Assembly: GCA_034091205.1 (NCBI GenBank)
Contig: JAXDRC010000015.1
Span: 15,167 to 79,166, forward strand
Direction: 5' to 3'
DNA length: 64,000 nt
Origin: Parabacteroides sp.
Lineage (GTDB): Bacteria > Bacteroidota > Bacteroidia > Bacteroidales > Tannerellaceae
Both the position numbers and the translations under genes were made by a program. The notes below the pieces were generated by a model. It was given only the letters and a program-made list of their open reading frames with translations. It was not told the origin of the DNA and did not search any database. Shown here in pieces: positions 36,633 to 47,087 of the stretch (position 1 is its first letter; the number at the start of each line of letters is the position of its first letter).

Positions 36633-38669
36633 ATGAAACAATGTGTATATATATTATTTTCAATATTGGTTTGCTCATTGACTCTTACTTCGAACGCTCA
36701 AAGCAGAAGTGGTAGCCGAAGAGGAGGCTTTTCTTTGTCGAATCTGACACAAAAGCAAACCGACATTCCAGACAGTCTGCTCACAGACAGCACTACTCTT
36801 GGCACCAGAAGACTAAACGCCTATCAACTCACTCCTATTTTGGGAGATTACTATGAAGCTGAGGTTGATACGCTGAGAGAGAATACGGCAAATTCAACAC
36901 TTGTTGAAGGTAAATCCCTGTCTATTGCTCATTTGGGCAATTTAGGTTCACCATCGCAATCGAGAATTTTCAGAGAGCGAAAAGAAGCCAGGGATTTCAT
37001 TTTTGCTGATGCTTATGATCCTTATATCATAACTCCTGAAAAAGCGAAATTCTATAACACCAAAGTTCCATACACCAATATTATGTATACAACTGCCGGT
37101 GGTAGTTTGAATAAAGAGGAACAACTTAAGGGAATACTTACTATAAACTTCGGCAAAAAGCTAAATGTCGGAGGCGATTTTGATTATATCTACGGACGTG
37201 GATATTATCAGTCAAACAGCACAAAACTAATCGGATACAGAATTTTCTCAAGTTACAACAGCGACAGATATGAAGCAAAAGCTTATATCAGAAACTATAG
37301 TGTGACAAATTATGAAAATGGAGGTCTGACTAATGACTCTGTGCTAACACATCCCGACAATTATGCCGTTGGCAAACAGATGATGAAACCCAAAGACTAT
37401 CCGGTGAGATATATAAACACATGGAATAAAGTCAGCGGAATGCAGATATATCTTACTCACAGATATAACCTTGGATTCACCAAAACTCTTCAGGAAACTG
37501 ATGAAGAAGGAAATCCAAAGGAGCAATTTGTTCCCGTATCCAGTATCATACACACTATAGACTATGAACAGAACAGGAGACATTTCCTATCTGACAATAG
37601 CCTTGATGCCAAGTATCCAGGAGTTTACACATTGGACGAATTTCCTAATGATTCGACTTCAGCATGGGTGTTGAAGAATACTCTGGCTTTATCGCTGAGA
37701 GAAGGTTTTCAAGATTGGGCAAAATTCGGACTAACAGGTTTCATCAGGATGGAACAAAGGAAATTCCGTTTGCCTTATCTGGGACCAATGGATAATTTCC
37801 CGGATATTCAAAGTATGAGAAACAAAGATTACAGCGAATTCTCCACATATATCGGAGCAGAACTCTCAAAAAGATTGGGCACATTGTTTACTTATAATGC
37901 AAATGGTGAACTTTGCGTAGTTGGTGATGACATTGGCGAGTTCAGGGTAAATGGAGAGATGCAGACACAATTCAAGTTATTCAACAAAAATGCATCGGTA
38001 AAGGCAACCGGATATATAAAGAATGTGACTCCTGCATTTTACCTGCGTCACAATTATTCAAAATATTTTGCATGGGAAAATGAGTTCAGCAACATACAAC
38101 AGTTCTATGCAGGTGGTGAAGTAAACATTGAATCAACTAAGACTAAACTTTCTGCCGGAGTTGAAAGCATCCAGAATTATGTATATTTTGGGTATCTCGG
38201 TTATCCTGCGCAACACAACGGAAATATACAAGTCATATCCGCAAATCTCAAGCAGGATTTCAGGTATAGAGCTTTGGGATGGGAAAATGAAGTTTGTTAC
38301 CAATTGAGCAGCAACAAAAACGTATTGCCATTACCTGCAATAAGTGCATACTCAAACCTGTATTTGTCATTCAAGGTCGTAAAAGTACTTTCAATACAAT
38401 TAGGAGCTGATGTTCACTATCATACATCATATTATGCTCCATATTATGAACCGGCGACACAACAGTTCCAAATACAGAACGATGTAAAGATTGGTAATTA
38501 CCCTCTAATTAATGCATATGTGAACTGCCATCTGAAACAGGCAAGATTTTTTGTCACAGCATATAATCTGGGCTCACAATTTATAAAGCCAAATTATTTC
38601 TCATTGGCTCATTACCCGTTGAATCCGATGATGATCAAGATGGGAGTTGCTGTCATGTTCAATAACTGA
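36633..38669 (+). CDS. large outer-membrane beta-barrel protein (putative porin family)
   Basis: The signal peptide is MKQCVYILFSILVCSLTLTSNAQS. The sequence is aromatic-rich and alternating and ends ...MGVAVMFNN. The family assignment is from memory only. Confidence 0.55.
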   Translation: MKQCVYILFSILVCSLTLTSNAQSRSGSRRGGFSLSNLTQKQTDIPDSLLTDSTTLGTRRLNAYQLTPILGDYYEAEVDTLRENTANSTLVEGKSLSIAHLGNLGSPSQSRIFRERKEARDFIFADAYDPYIITPEKAKFYNTKVPYTNIMYTTAGGSLNKEEQLKGILTINFGKKLNVGGDFDYIYGRGYYQSNSTKLIGYRIFSSYNSDRYEAKAYIRNYSVTNYENGGLTNDSVLTHPDNYAVGKQMMKPKDYPVRYINTWNKVSGMQIYLTHRYNLGFTKTLQETDEEGNPKEQFVPVSSIIHTIDYEQNRRHFLSDNSLDAKYPGVYTLDEFPNDSTSAWVLKNTLALSLREGFQDWAKFGLTGFIRMEQRKFRLPYLGPMDNFPDIQSMRNKDYSEFSTYIGAELSKRLGTLFTYNANGELCVVGDDIGEFRVNGEMQTQFKLFNKNASVKATGYIKNVTPAFYLRHNYSKYFAWENEFSNIQQFYAGGEVNIESTKTKLSAGVESIQNYVYFGYLGYPAQHNGNIQVISANLKQDFRYRALGWENEVCYQLSSNKNVLPLPAISAYSNLYLSFKVVKVLSIQLGADVHYHTSYYAPYYEPATQQFQIQNDVKIGNYPLINAYVNCHLKQARFFVTAYNLGSQFIKPNYFSLAHYPLNPMMIKMGVAVMFNN

Positions 38670-38674
38670 TTGGA

Positions 38675-39502
38675 ATGAAAACAAAAAAACTTCTTATAGT
38701 ATATATTGTTATGCTTGCATTGGCTGTGGCAACAATGATTAACCTTATGCCTTCAAGCAGAGATGAGCAACCTAGGCCATCCACCAAAGATTATCCGGAA
38801 ATAAAGGAAGAAGGCATTCTGAGGATAATAACGGAGTACTCTTTATCGGGATATTTTGTTAATGGAGATACAATCAGCGGATTTCAATATGAGATGAGTC
38901 AGGCAATATCAAAAGAATCTGGATTGGAAATCCAGACTCTTCTGGACATGAACCTTGACAACAGTTTTGAAAAGCTTAACAATGGAGAGTGTGATGTCAT
39001 TGCCAGAAATGTACCTATAACAAGCGAGCTTAAAGATAAATATCTTTTTACGGAACCTATTGTTCTCAACAAGCAAGTGCTGGTACAAAGAAAGCAGGCA
39101 GATGGAAAAGAGCAGAAGCCTATAAGAAATCATCTGGAACTTGGAGGCAAAACCATATATATACCCAAAGGCTCACCGGCACTACAAAGACTGCAAAATC
39201 TTAGTGAAGAAATTGGTGATACTATATATATAAAAGAAGACAGCCTGTATTCTGACGAGCAACTTATAATAATGGTCTCAAGCGGAGATATAGACCTGGC
39301 AGTATGCGACCAGCAAATTGCTGAAGCGTCATTGAAAGAATTCAACAATATCGATATAAAAACTGATATCAGCTTCACCCAACTACAAGCGTGGGTGTTG
39401 AGAAAGGACTCTCCTATCCTAAAAGACAGCCTCGACAAATGGATTAGCCAAATAAGAGAGAACGGTCTATATAACAGAATATACCGTAGATATTACAAGT
39501 AA
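38675..39502 (+). CDS. periplasmic solute-binding (SBP_bac_3 / MltF-N-like) domain protein
   Basis: 275 aa with an N-terminal TM/signal anchor. Type-3 SBP-like sequences LRIITEYSLSGYF and DVIARNVPITSE are present. It starts 5 nt after the porin-like gene. Confidence 0.65.
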   Translation: MKTKKLLIVYIVMLALAVATMINLMPSSRDEQPRPSTKDYPEIKEEGILRIITEYSLSGYFVNGDTISGFQYEMSQAISKESGLEIQTLLDMNLDNSFEKLNNGECDVIARNVPITSELKDKYLFTEPIVLNKQVLVQRKQADGKEQKPIRNHLELGGKTIYIPKGSPALQRLQNLSEEIGDTIYIKEDSLYSDEQLIIMVSSGDIDLAVCDQQIAEASLKEFNNIDIKTDISFTQLQAWVLRKDSPILKDSLDKWISQIRENGLYNRIYRRYYK

Positions 39503-39602
39503 AACCCTATTGAATGCTAAGGTTTGCGTTAAAAAAAACATATCACATTATTTCGCACAATCAATGAAAATCCTTATTTTTACGGATATTTTTGATTGAG
39601 AC

Positions 39603-40877
39603 ATGAGATTTGATGAATTACCTTTGGATGAAGCTATCCTTGATGGTCTTGATGCGATGAATTTCACGGAAGCAACTCCAATACAAGAGCAAACTATTCC
39701 TATCATTTTGGAGGGTAGAGACATTATTGCATGTGCGCAAACAGGAACAGGTAAAACTGCAGCCTATGTTCTACCGATATTAAACGAACTCCATTATGGT
39801 GGATTCCCAGAGAATGCCGTAAATGCAATAATTATGGCTCCCACACGAGAGTTGGCACAACAGATTGACCAACAGATTTCCGGATTTTCCTATTTTGTTT
39901 CTGCTTCAGCTGTAGCTGTATATGGTGGAACAGACGGTATTGTGTGGGAACAACAAAAACGCGGTCTGGAAATGGGCGCAGACATTGTTATTGCTACTCC
40001 TGGAAGATTGATTTCACACCTCAAATGTGATTCTATCGACCTTTCAAAGGTATCCTTCTTTGTACTGGATGAAGCTGACAGAATGCTGGATATGGGATTC
40101 TATGACGATATAATGCAGATATACAAACATCTGCCCCAATCTTGCCAGATAATCATGTTTTCAGCAACTATGCCGCCCAAAATACAAACGTTGGCGCAGA
40201 ATATACTGAAGGATCCTGTTGAAATCACTATAGCTATTTCACGACCTCCGGAAACTATCATGCAGACGGCTTATATCTGTTATGAAATACAGAAAATACA
40301 TATTATCAAAGACCTTTTCAAAAACAGCAAACCGAAACGGGTTATTATTTTTTCCTCGTCAAAGTTAAAGGTCAAGGATTTAACATCCAGCCTGAAAAGA
40401 ATGAATTTCAATGTAGCAGAAATGCATTCAGACTTGGAACAAAGCCAAAGAGAGGAAGTGATGAAGGATTTCAAAAGCGGGAAAATAGATATTCTTGTAG
40501 CAACAGATGTAGTTTCACGTGGTATAGACATTAATGATATACAGCTTGTTGTTAATTTTGACATTCCTCACGATCCAGAAGACTATGTCCACAGAATAGG
40601 TAGAACAGCAAGGGGCAAGAATGACAAAGGTCTTGCCATAACATTTGTATCGCCTGAAGAGCAATACCAATTCCAGCAAATCGAATCTTTCCTTGGCAAA
40701 ACGGTATATAAAATACCTGTTGACCCTGAATTTGGGGAAACACCGGCTTATGAACCGGAAAAATATGCAAAGAAAAAAAGTAGCAGTAAAAAGAATTCGA
40801 GGAAAAAAGGCGGACAACGTAAAAGCGCTAAAAACACATCTGCGAATAATACAGAAAATCAGAATACTGAAGTTTAA
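39603..40877 (+). CDS. DEAD-box ATP-dependent RNA helicase with basic C-terminal tail
   Basis: Motif I is AQTGTGKT, motif II is VLDEADRMLDMGF, motif III is SAT and motif VI is HRIGRTARG. The tail is K/R/S-rich. Confidence 0.9.
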   Translation: MRFDELPLDEAILDGLDAMNFTEATPIQEQTIPIILEGRDIIACAQTGTGKTAAYVLPILNELHYGGFPENAVNAIIMAPTRELAQQIDQQISGFSYFVSASAVAVYGGTDGIVWEQQKRGLEMGADIVIATPGRLISHLKCDSIDLSKVSFFVLDEADRMLDMGFYDDIMQIYKHLPQSCQIIMFSATMPPKIQTLAQNILKDPVEITIAISRPPETIMQTAYICYEIQKIHIIKDLFKNSKPKRVIIFSSSKLKVKDLTSSLKRMNFNVAEMHSDLEQSQREEVMKDFKSGKIDILVATDVVSRGIDINDIQLVVNFDIPHDPEDYVHRIGRTARGKNDKGLAITFVSPEEQYQFQQIESFLGKTVYKIPVDPEFGETPAYEPEKYAKKKSSSKKNSRKKGGQRKSAKNTSANNTENQNTEV

Positions 40878-40893
40878 CTCTAATACATAAAAG

Positions 40894-41562
40894 ATGAAAA
40901 AAATACTATTAGCAGCTTTGCTCATAATTGGCTCACTGCATTTATCTGCACAGGAAATAAAAGACTGGGCAAACTTTGCACGCTATGAAGCGGCAAACAA
41001 AGAGGTGAAAAACCCTAAAGTTGTGTTCATGGGAAATTCAATTACTGATGGATGGCCTAGTGCTGACCCGGATTTTTTCAAGAGCAACAACTATGTGGGT
41101 AGAGGTATAAGCGGACAAGTATCAGCACAAATGTTGTTGAGAATGCGTCCGGACGTAATAGACTTGAAGCCTGAAGCAGTAGTTATTCTTGCAGGAACAA
41201 ATGATATAGCACTGAATGACTATGCCATGACTCCTGAAAAGACTTTCGGAAACATTGTTTCAATGGCGCAGCTTGCAAAAGCCAATAATATCAAAGTTAT
41301 ATTATGCTCCACTATGCCTGCGAGCAAGTTCGGATGGCGTCCGGGTGTAAAGCCTGCAGAAACTATTAAAGCTTTGAACAAGAAAGTTAAAGAATATGCG
41401 GAAGCTAATGGCATTGAATATGTAGATTATCATTCAGCCATGAGTGATTCTGAAGGTGGCTTGCCTAAGAAGTATTCTGAAGACGGAGTTCATCCTAATC
41501 TTGAAGGTTATAAGGTGATGGAAGGACTAGTGCAGAAAGCAATAGAAAAAGTATGTAAATAA
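40894..41562 (+). CDS. SGNH/GDSL-family hydrolase (secreted esterase)
   Basis: Block I is VFMGNSITDGW and block V is DGVHPNLEGY. A signal peptide is present. Confidence 0.8.
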   Translation: MKKILLAALLIIGSLHLSAQEIKDWANFARYEAANKEVKNPKVVFMGNSITDGWPSADPDFFKSNNYVGRGISGQVSAQMLLRMRPDVIDLKPEAVVILAGTNDIALNDYAMTPEKTFGNIVSMAQLAKANNIKVILCSTMPASKFGWRPGVKPAETIKALNKKVKEYAEANGIEYVDYHSAMSDSEGGLPKKYSEDGVHPNLEGYKVMEGLVQKAIEKVCK

Positions 41563-41600
41563 AAAATACATTGTCCGTTCTATCAGCGATTATTTCATAT

Positions 41601-41676
41601 ACGAGTTGACAAGGTAAAAAATAACGGCTTTAAACAAAGCCTGTTTAGAGACCTTGCCAACTCGTTGTTTTTTCTT
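41601..41676 (+). terminator. intrinsic terminator built from one TTGACAAG-family word pair
   Basis: ACGAGTTGACAAGGT (41601-41615) pairs with ACCTTGCCAACTCGT (41651-41665), followed by TGTTTTTTCTTT. An inner hairpin GGCTTT/AAAGCC is present. Confidence 0.7.
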
Positions 41677-41957
41677 TAATATAATGCCTCTAAACTCTTG
41701 AGAAAATTAGAAAGGTCGTAACACGGAAACTCCACAAAATATAGTTTTAACAGATTCCAACCTAACTGAAAGTACAAATACGAAATAATTTATTAACTTT
41801 ACGTTTTGAAAAATACTTTGCCATAGTACACACTTTTGCAAAGTATCCGGCAGACGCATATATAATCTGTACTAAAGCTATTTACCATACAGATTGAAGA
41901 AAATTTAAATAGTTTCTTAGTCTGCGACAAGATATGACAAGAAAAAAATAATATATA

Positions 41958-43700
41958 ATGACTAACAAATGGAACTATCGACCTCCGACACAGGAAGAGC
42001 TAAACCTAAGGGACAGGCTTTCAGAGGAAATGGGCATAAGCCCTGTAATCAGCCTGTTACTTGTCCAGCGTGGCCTTACAACGGTTAGTGAGGTGAAGAA
42101 ATTTTTCAAGCCGACTTTGAGCGACTTGCACGATCCGTTCCTTATGCCGGATATGGACAAGGCGGTAAAACGCCTGAACAAGGCTTTGGGCAATAAAGAA
42201 AAAATATTGATATACGGAGACTATGATGTTGATGGAACAACAGCGGTTTCTCTCGTATATAAATATTTGCGTACGTGTACTTCATCTGCAAATCTGCTGG
42301 ATTATTACATACCTGACAGAGATGATGAAGGATATGGTATCTCTTATAAAGGTATTGACTATGCAAAGGAGAACGGTATAACATTGATTATTTCGCTTGA
42401 CTGTGGCATAAAAGCCATTGACAAGATTGAATATGCCAAAGAAAAAGGCATAGATTTTATCATCTGCGACCATCATATGCCGGACGATAAATTGCCTGAT
42501 GCAGTTGCTGTGCTCGATGCAAAACGTGCTGATTCAGTATATCCTTACGAGCATCTTTCAGGATGTGGAGTCGGATTCAAGTTCATGCAGGCTTTTGCAA
42601 TGAACAATAAACTTCCTCTTTCAGACCTGGACAAGTTGCTGGAACTTGTCGCTGTAAGTATTGCTTCTGACATTGTTCCAATCACAGGTGAGAACAGAAT
42701 CCTTGCATATTACGGACTGAAACAGATAAACAGCAATCCAAGTTTGGGACTGAAAGGAATTATTGATGTATGCGGATTAAGTAATAAGGAAATTACGATC
42801 AGCGACATCGTATTTAAAATCGGTCCAAGGCTGAATGCTTCCGGAAGAATGATGAAAGGCAAAGAAGCCGTAGATTTGTTATTGGCAAAAGATGCTGACG
42901 TTGTGAGAAAGAAAAGCGAAAGCATAAACCAGTATAACGAAGACAGAAGGGAACTCGACAAAAAAGTCACAGAAGAGGCAAACGAGATTATAAACTCCAT
43001 TCCTAATCACGATGAAAACAAGGCAGTGATAGTTTACAATCCGAATTGGCACAAAGGTGTGATAGCCATAGTAGCATCAAGACTTACAGAGAAATATTAC
43101 CGTCCTGCGATAGTCTTAACAAAATCCGGAGATTTGGTTACCGGTTCTGCCCGTTCAATAGCCGGTTTTGATATTTATAAAGCAATAGAAGGATGCCGTG
43201 ATTTGCTGGAAAATTTCGGCGGTCACACATATGCAGCAGGTCTTTCAATGAAAGAAGAGAACCTGGAAGCTTTCACAGAAAGACTTCAGCAACTTGTTGC
43301 TCAAGAAATCATCCCTGAGCAACTGACTCCGCAAATTGATATTGATGCTATTATTGACCTCAAGGAGATCAACAATAAATTCATGAGCGATTTAAAGAAG
43401 ATGAGTCCTTTCGGTCCGAACAATCAAAAACCGGTTTTCTGTACTTTTGATGTGAAAGATTATGGGACAAGTAAACTTGTGGGACATAAGCAGGAACATA
43501 TAAAACTGGAAATCATCGACGGAAAATCAGCAGCCTCTCCTATTCATGGTATTGCATTCGGGATGTCAAAATACAATGCCCATATCAAGCAAATGTTACC
43601 TTTCAACATTTGTTATACGGTTGAGGAAAATACTTATAATGGCAACACATCGCTGCAGTTGCTTGTTAAGGATATAAAAACGGATAACAACTGCATATAA
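41958..43700 (+). CDS. recJ: single-stranded-DNA-specific exonuclease RecJ
   Basis: DHH motifs are IYGDYDVDGTT and ICDHHMP. The DHHA1 region is GGHTYAAGLSM. Confidence 0.9.
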   Translation: MTNKWNYRPPTQEELNLRDRLSEEMGISPVISLLLVQRGLTTVSEVKKFFKPTLSDLHDPFLMPDMDKAVKRLNKALGNKEKILIYGDYDVDGTTAVSLVYKYLRTCTSSANLLDYYIPDRDDEGYGISYKGIDYAKENGITLIISLDCGIKAIDKIEYAKEKGIDFIICDHHMPDDKLPDAVAVLDAKRADSVYPYEHLSGCGVGFKFMQAFAMNNKLPLSDLDKLLELVAVSIASDIVPITGENRILAYYGLKQINSNPSLGLKGIIDVCGLSNKEITISDIVFKIGPRLNASGRMMKGKEAVDLLLAKDADVVRKKSESINQYNEDRRELDKKVTEEANEIINSIPNHDENKAVIVYNPNWHKGVIAIVASRLTEKYYRPAIVLTKSGDLVTGSARSIAGFDIYKAIEGCRDLLENFGGHTYAAGLSMKEENLEAFTERLQQLVAQEIIPEQLTPQIDIDAIIDLKEINNKFMSDLKKMSPFGPNNQKPVFCTFDVKDYGTSKLVGHKQEHIKLEIIDGKSAASPIHGIAFGMSKYNAHIKQMLPFNICYTVEENTYNGNTSLQLLVKDIKTDNNCI

Positions 43701-43710
43701 TATAAACCTT

Positions 43711-45627
43711 ATGCCTGAAAGCCCTGATATTTTCCATCAAATTCTATCCCAATATTGGGGATATAACTCTTTCCGTCCATTACAGGAAGATATTATACAT
43801 TCTGTGTATGAACGGAAAGATACATTCGGGCTTATGCCGACAGGTGGAGGAAAATCCATAACATTCCAAGTTCCGGCAATGGCTATGGAAGGTATATGCA
43901 TTGTGGTTACTCCTTTGATAGCCCTAATGAAGGACCAGGTTGACAACCTGAAGAAACGTGGCATAAAAGCAACATCAATTCATTCAGGGCAATCGAGAGA
44001 ATTTATCATCTCCCAACTGGAAAACTGCATATTCGGAGATTATAAGTTCCTATATGTATCACCGGAAAGATTATCCTCCGAAATTTTCCAGATAAAGCTT
44101 AAGGCAATGAACGTCTGCCTTCTTGCCATTGACGAAAGTCATTGTATTTCACAATGGGGATATGATTTCCGACCGTCTTATTTGGCAATAGCAGATATTA
44201 GGAAATTATTGCCTAACATTCCGGTACTTGCACTAACGGCTACCGCCACTCCTGCCGTTGTTGATGATATTCAGGAAAAACTACTTTTCAAGGAGAAAAA
44301 TGTATTCAAGAAAAGTTTCCAACGTAAGAATCTTGCGTATATCATAAGAAAATCTGATAATAAGACTGAAACACTGAAATACATTCTTGAACGTGTACAA
44401 GGAAGTGCTGTTGTATATGTCAGAAGCAGGAAAAAGACAAAGGAAACTGCAGACTTCCTGAAAAGCAATGGTTTTACCGCTGAATTCTTCCATGCCGGAC
44501 TAAGTATGGAAGAAAAGAACCTCAGACAAGACCGGTGGATGAAGGGCGAATGCCGCATAATTGTGGCAACAAACGCTTTTGGTATGGGAATTGACAAACC
44601 GGATGTACGACTCGTTGTCCATCTGGATATGCCCGGCTCTCTTGAAGAATATTATCAGGAAGCAGGACGTGCAGGACGTGACGGAGAGAAAGCGTATGCC
44701 GTAGTGATTAGTTCAAACATTGACAACGCAAGACTAAAAAAACAACTCACAGATTCTTTTCCAGAAAAGGATTTGATAAAACGAGTATACGAAGCTCTTG
44801 GTAATTACTTCCAGATTGCAGTCGGATTCGGGCTTGACACAGCACACGATTTCGATCTTAATGATTTCTGTATGGCATTCAAGTTGCCAATAACTCAGAC
44901 CCACAGTTCTCTGAAAATTCTGGAGTTATGCGGATATATTGAATATATAGAAAACGTAGATAATGCTTCACGCATTATATTCACTGCGACTCGCGAAGAA
45001 TTATACAGATATCTTGGTCAGGACAAAACAATAGATGATATTCTGTCAGTAATACTCCGCTCCTATTCCGGTGTATTTTCCGATTATGTTTATATTAATG
45101 AATCATATATTGCAGCGGCGACAAATGTAAACAGAGATACTGTATATCATGTGTTGCTGAATCTCTCAAAATATCATATAATAAAATATATTCCTGAGAA
45201 GAAAACTCCAATAATAATATTCAGGCAAGTCCGTGTCGAGAAAGAAAATGTCAGAATCCTGCCTTCTGCGTATGAGGACAGAAAGGAGCGTTTTGAACAA
45301 AGATTAAACAAGGTCCTCGAATACAATAATGAGAAAAGTATTTGCCGGACACGCATACTTCTTTCTTATTTCGGAGAAAATATGGATGAAGATTGCGGAA
45401 CTTGTGATATTTGCCTTGCAAAGCATGATTCCGGAATTGCCAATAAGGATTACAACAAAATACAGAAACTGATTCTTGAACAGCCTAAAGATACACCAAT
45501 ATCAGTGACCGACTTCATCAACAAATATAAGCTGAATACAGACAAAGCTTTTGCTGTCATAAGGTTTATGGCTGATAATGACGATAGATTAAAACTGGAA
45601 GATTCCGCTTTTATTGTGTATAGTTGA
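43711..45627 (+). CDS. recQ: RecQ-family ATP-dependent DNA helicase
   Basis: Motif I is MPTGGGKS and the DExH box is AIDESHCISQWGYDFRP. The sequence ATNAFGMGIDKPDVR is also present, and the Zn-binding region is CRTRILLSYFGE...CGTCDIC. Confidence 0.9.
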   Translation: MPESPDIFHQILSQYWGYNSFRPLQEDIIHSVYERKDTFGLMPTGGGKSITFQVPAMAMEGICIVVTPLIALMKDQVDNLKKRGIKATSIHSGQSREFIISQLENCIFGDYKFLYVSPERLSSEIFQIKLKAMNVCLLAIDESHCISQWGYDFRPSYLAIADIRKLLPNIPVLALTATATPAVVDDIQEKLLFKEKNVFKKSFQRKNLAYIIRKSDNKTETLKYILERVQGSAVVYVRSRKKTKETADFLKSNGFTAEFFHAGLSMEEKNLRQDRWMKGECRIIVATNAFGMGIDKPDVRLVVHLDMPGSLEEYYQEAGRAGRDGEKAYAVVISSNIDNARLKKQLTDSFPEKDLIKRVYEALGNYFQIAVGFGLDTAHDFDLNDFCMAFKLPITQTHSSLKILELCGYIEYIENVDNASRIIFTATREELYRYLGQDKTIDDILSVILRSYSGVFSDYVYINESYIAAATNVNRDTVYHVLLNLSKYHIIKYIPEKKTPIIIFRQVRVEKENVRILPSAYEDRKERFEQRLNKVLEYNNEKSICRTRILLSYFGENMDEDCGTCDICLAKHDSGIANKDYNKIQKLILEQPKDTPISVTDFINKYKLNTDKAFAVIRFMADNDDRLKLEDSAFIVYS

Positions 45628-45679
45628 CTAAATAACAATATGGCATAATATTAGACAAAACTTAATAAACTAACGATAT

Positions 45680-46207
45680 ATGGAAAATCATCAATACTGC
45701 TATAAATATCCACGCCCTTCAGTAACTACTGATTGCGTTATATTCGGTTATGATGAAAAAGTAAGTTTTCTTTCTCTTCTTCTTATACAACGCAAATCTG
45801 AACCGTACAAAGGATACTGGGCTTTTCCCGGCGGATTTCTTAATATGGATGAAGATGCCGAAACAGGAGCTCTTAGAGAATTGAAAGAAGAAACAAATAT
45901 GGACCCTATGTTTATAAAACAACTTGGTGCATATACAAAAGTAAACCGCGACCCAAGAGACAGAGTTATAACAATTGCATATTATGCAATCACCAAAATT
46001 ACAGAAGTTAAAGGTGGAGACGATGCTGTCGAGGCTCGTTGGTTTTCTCTTGATGAAATTCCCAATCTTGCTTTCGACCATAAAGATATTCTTAATGATG
46101 CTATATCTGAACTAAAGGCAAATATTTCACATAACACTACTGAGTGGAATCTAAGTCCGGAATCATCTACTTTACAAAAACTGCAAAACTTAATAATAAA
46201 ATTATGA
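45680..46207 (+). CDS. NUDIX hydrolase (ADP-ribose pyrophosphatase-like)
   Basis: Nudix box GGFLNMDEDAETGALRELKEETNM. Confidence 0.85.
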   Translation: MENHQYCYKYPRPSVTTDCVIFGYDEKVSFLSLLLIQRKSEPYKGYWAFPGGFLNMDEDAETGALRELKEETNMDPMFIKQLGAYTKVNRDPRDRVITIAYYAITKITEVKGGDDAVEARWFSLDEIPNLAFDHKDILNDAISELKANISHNTTEWNLSPESSTLQKLQNLIIKL

Positions 46208-47073
46208 CAGGTGCAATTATCGGCGATATTGTTGGTTCTGTATATGAATTCAACAATACTAAAGATTACGACTTCAAACTATTTTCAGAAGATAGTGATA
46301 TAACAGATGATACAATAATGACCATTGCTGTTGCAGAATGGGCATTAAAATGTAAACAGAAAGCAGATTTTGACCTTAAATCATTAGAGGAAATAATGGT
46401 TTCTACTGCTGAAAGATATCCAAGTCCGAAAGGCGACTATGGAATGGCATTCAGCACCTGGCTGTTTTATCCTCAAGGTCTCGTAGATTACCGTACTGGT
46501 GAACTTGCCGGAAAGCGTTGTCCTTACAATTCATGGGGAAACGGCTCAGCTATGAGAGTATCTTCAATCGGATGGCTTTTCGACTCAATAGAAGAGACTG
46601 AGCGAGTGGCAGCAATTTCTGCATCAATCACCCACAATCATCCAGAAGGAATAAAAGGAGCTGAGGCTGTAGCAGCAGCAATATTTCTTGCCAGAAACGG
46701 AGCAAGCAAGAAAGAAATAAAAGAATATATCGAATCAAAATATGGATATAACCTGGATTCAACTTGGGAATACCTGAACAAAACTTATTCATGGGATTCA
46801 AGTTGCCAAGGAACTGTTCCGCAAGCTATAATATGTTTTCTTGACAGCTCGGACTTTGAAAGTGCCATAAGAATGTCCGTCTCAATCGGTGGTGACAGCG
46901 ACACTTTGGCTTGTATAACCGGTTCGATTGCCGAAGCTTATTATAAAGATATTCCAAACAGTATGATTTCCGTAACTTATAGAATCATGCCAGATGAGTT
47001 CAAGGCTGTTCTGAAACAGTTGGCAGAAAACAGCAATTATGCGGAAGTCTATAGCAAGTATTTCAGTAAATAA
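46204..47073 (+). CDS. ADP-ribosylglycohydrolase family protein
   Basis: MTGAIIGDIVGSVYE, DDTIMTIAVAEW and GGDSDTLACITGSIAEAYY. The start overlaps the Nudix stop (ATGA). Confidence 0.85.
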   Translation: MTGAIIGDIVGSVYEFNNTKDYDFKLFSEDSDITDDTIMTIAVAEWALKCKQKADFDLKSLEEIMVSTAERYPSPKGDYGMAFSTWLFYPQGLVDYRTGELAGKRCPYNSWGNGSAMRVSSIGWLFDSIEETERVAAISASITHNHPEGIKGAEAVAAAIFLARNGASKKEIKEYIESKYGYNLDSTWEYLNKTYSWDSSCQGTVPQAIICFLDSSDFESAIRMSVSIGGDSDTLACITGSIAEAYYKDIPNSMISVTYRIMPDEFKAVLKQLAENSNYAEVYSKYFSK

Positions 47074-47087
47074 TACAGCAAAATAAA

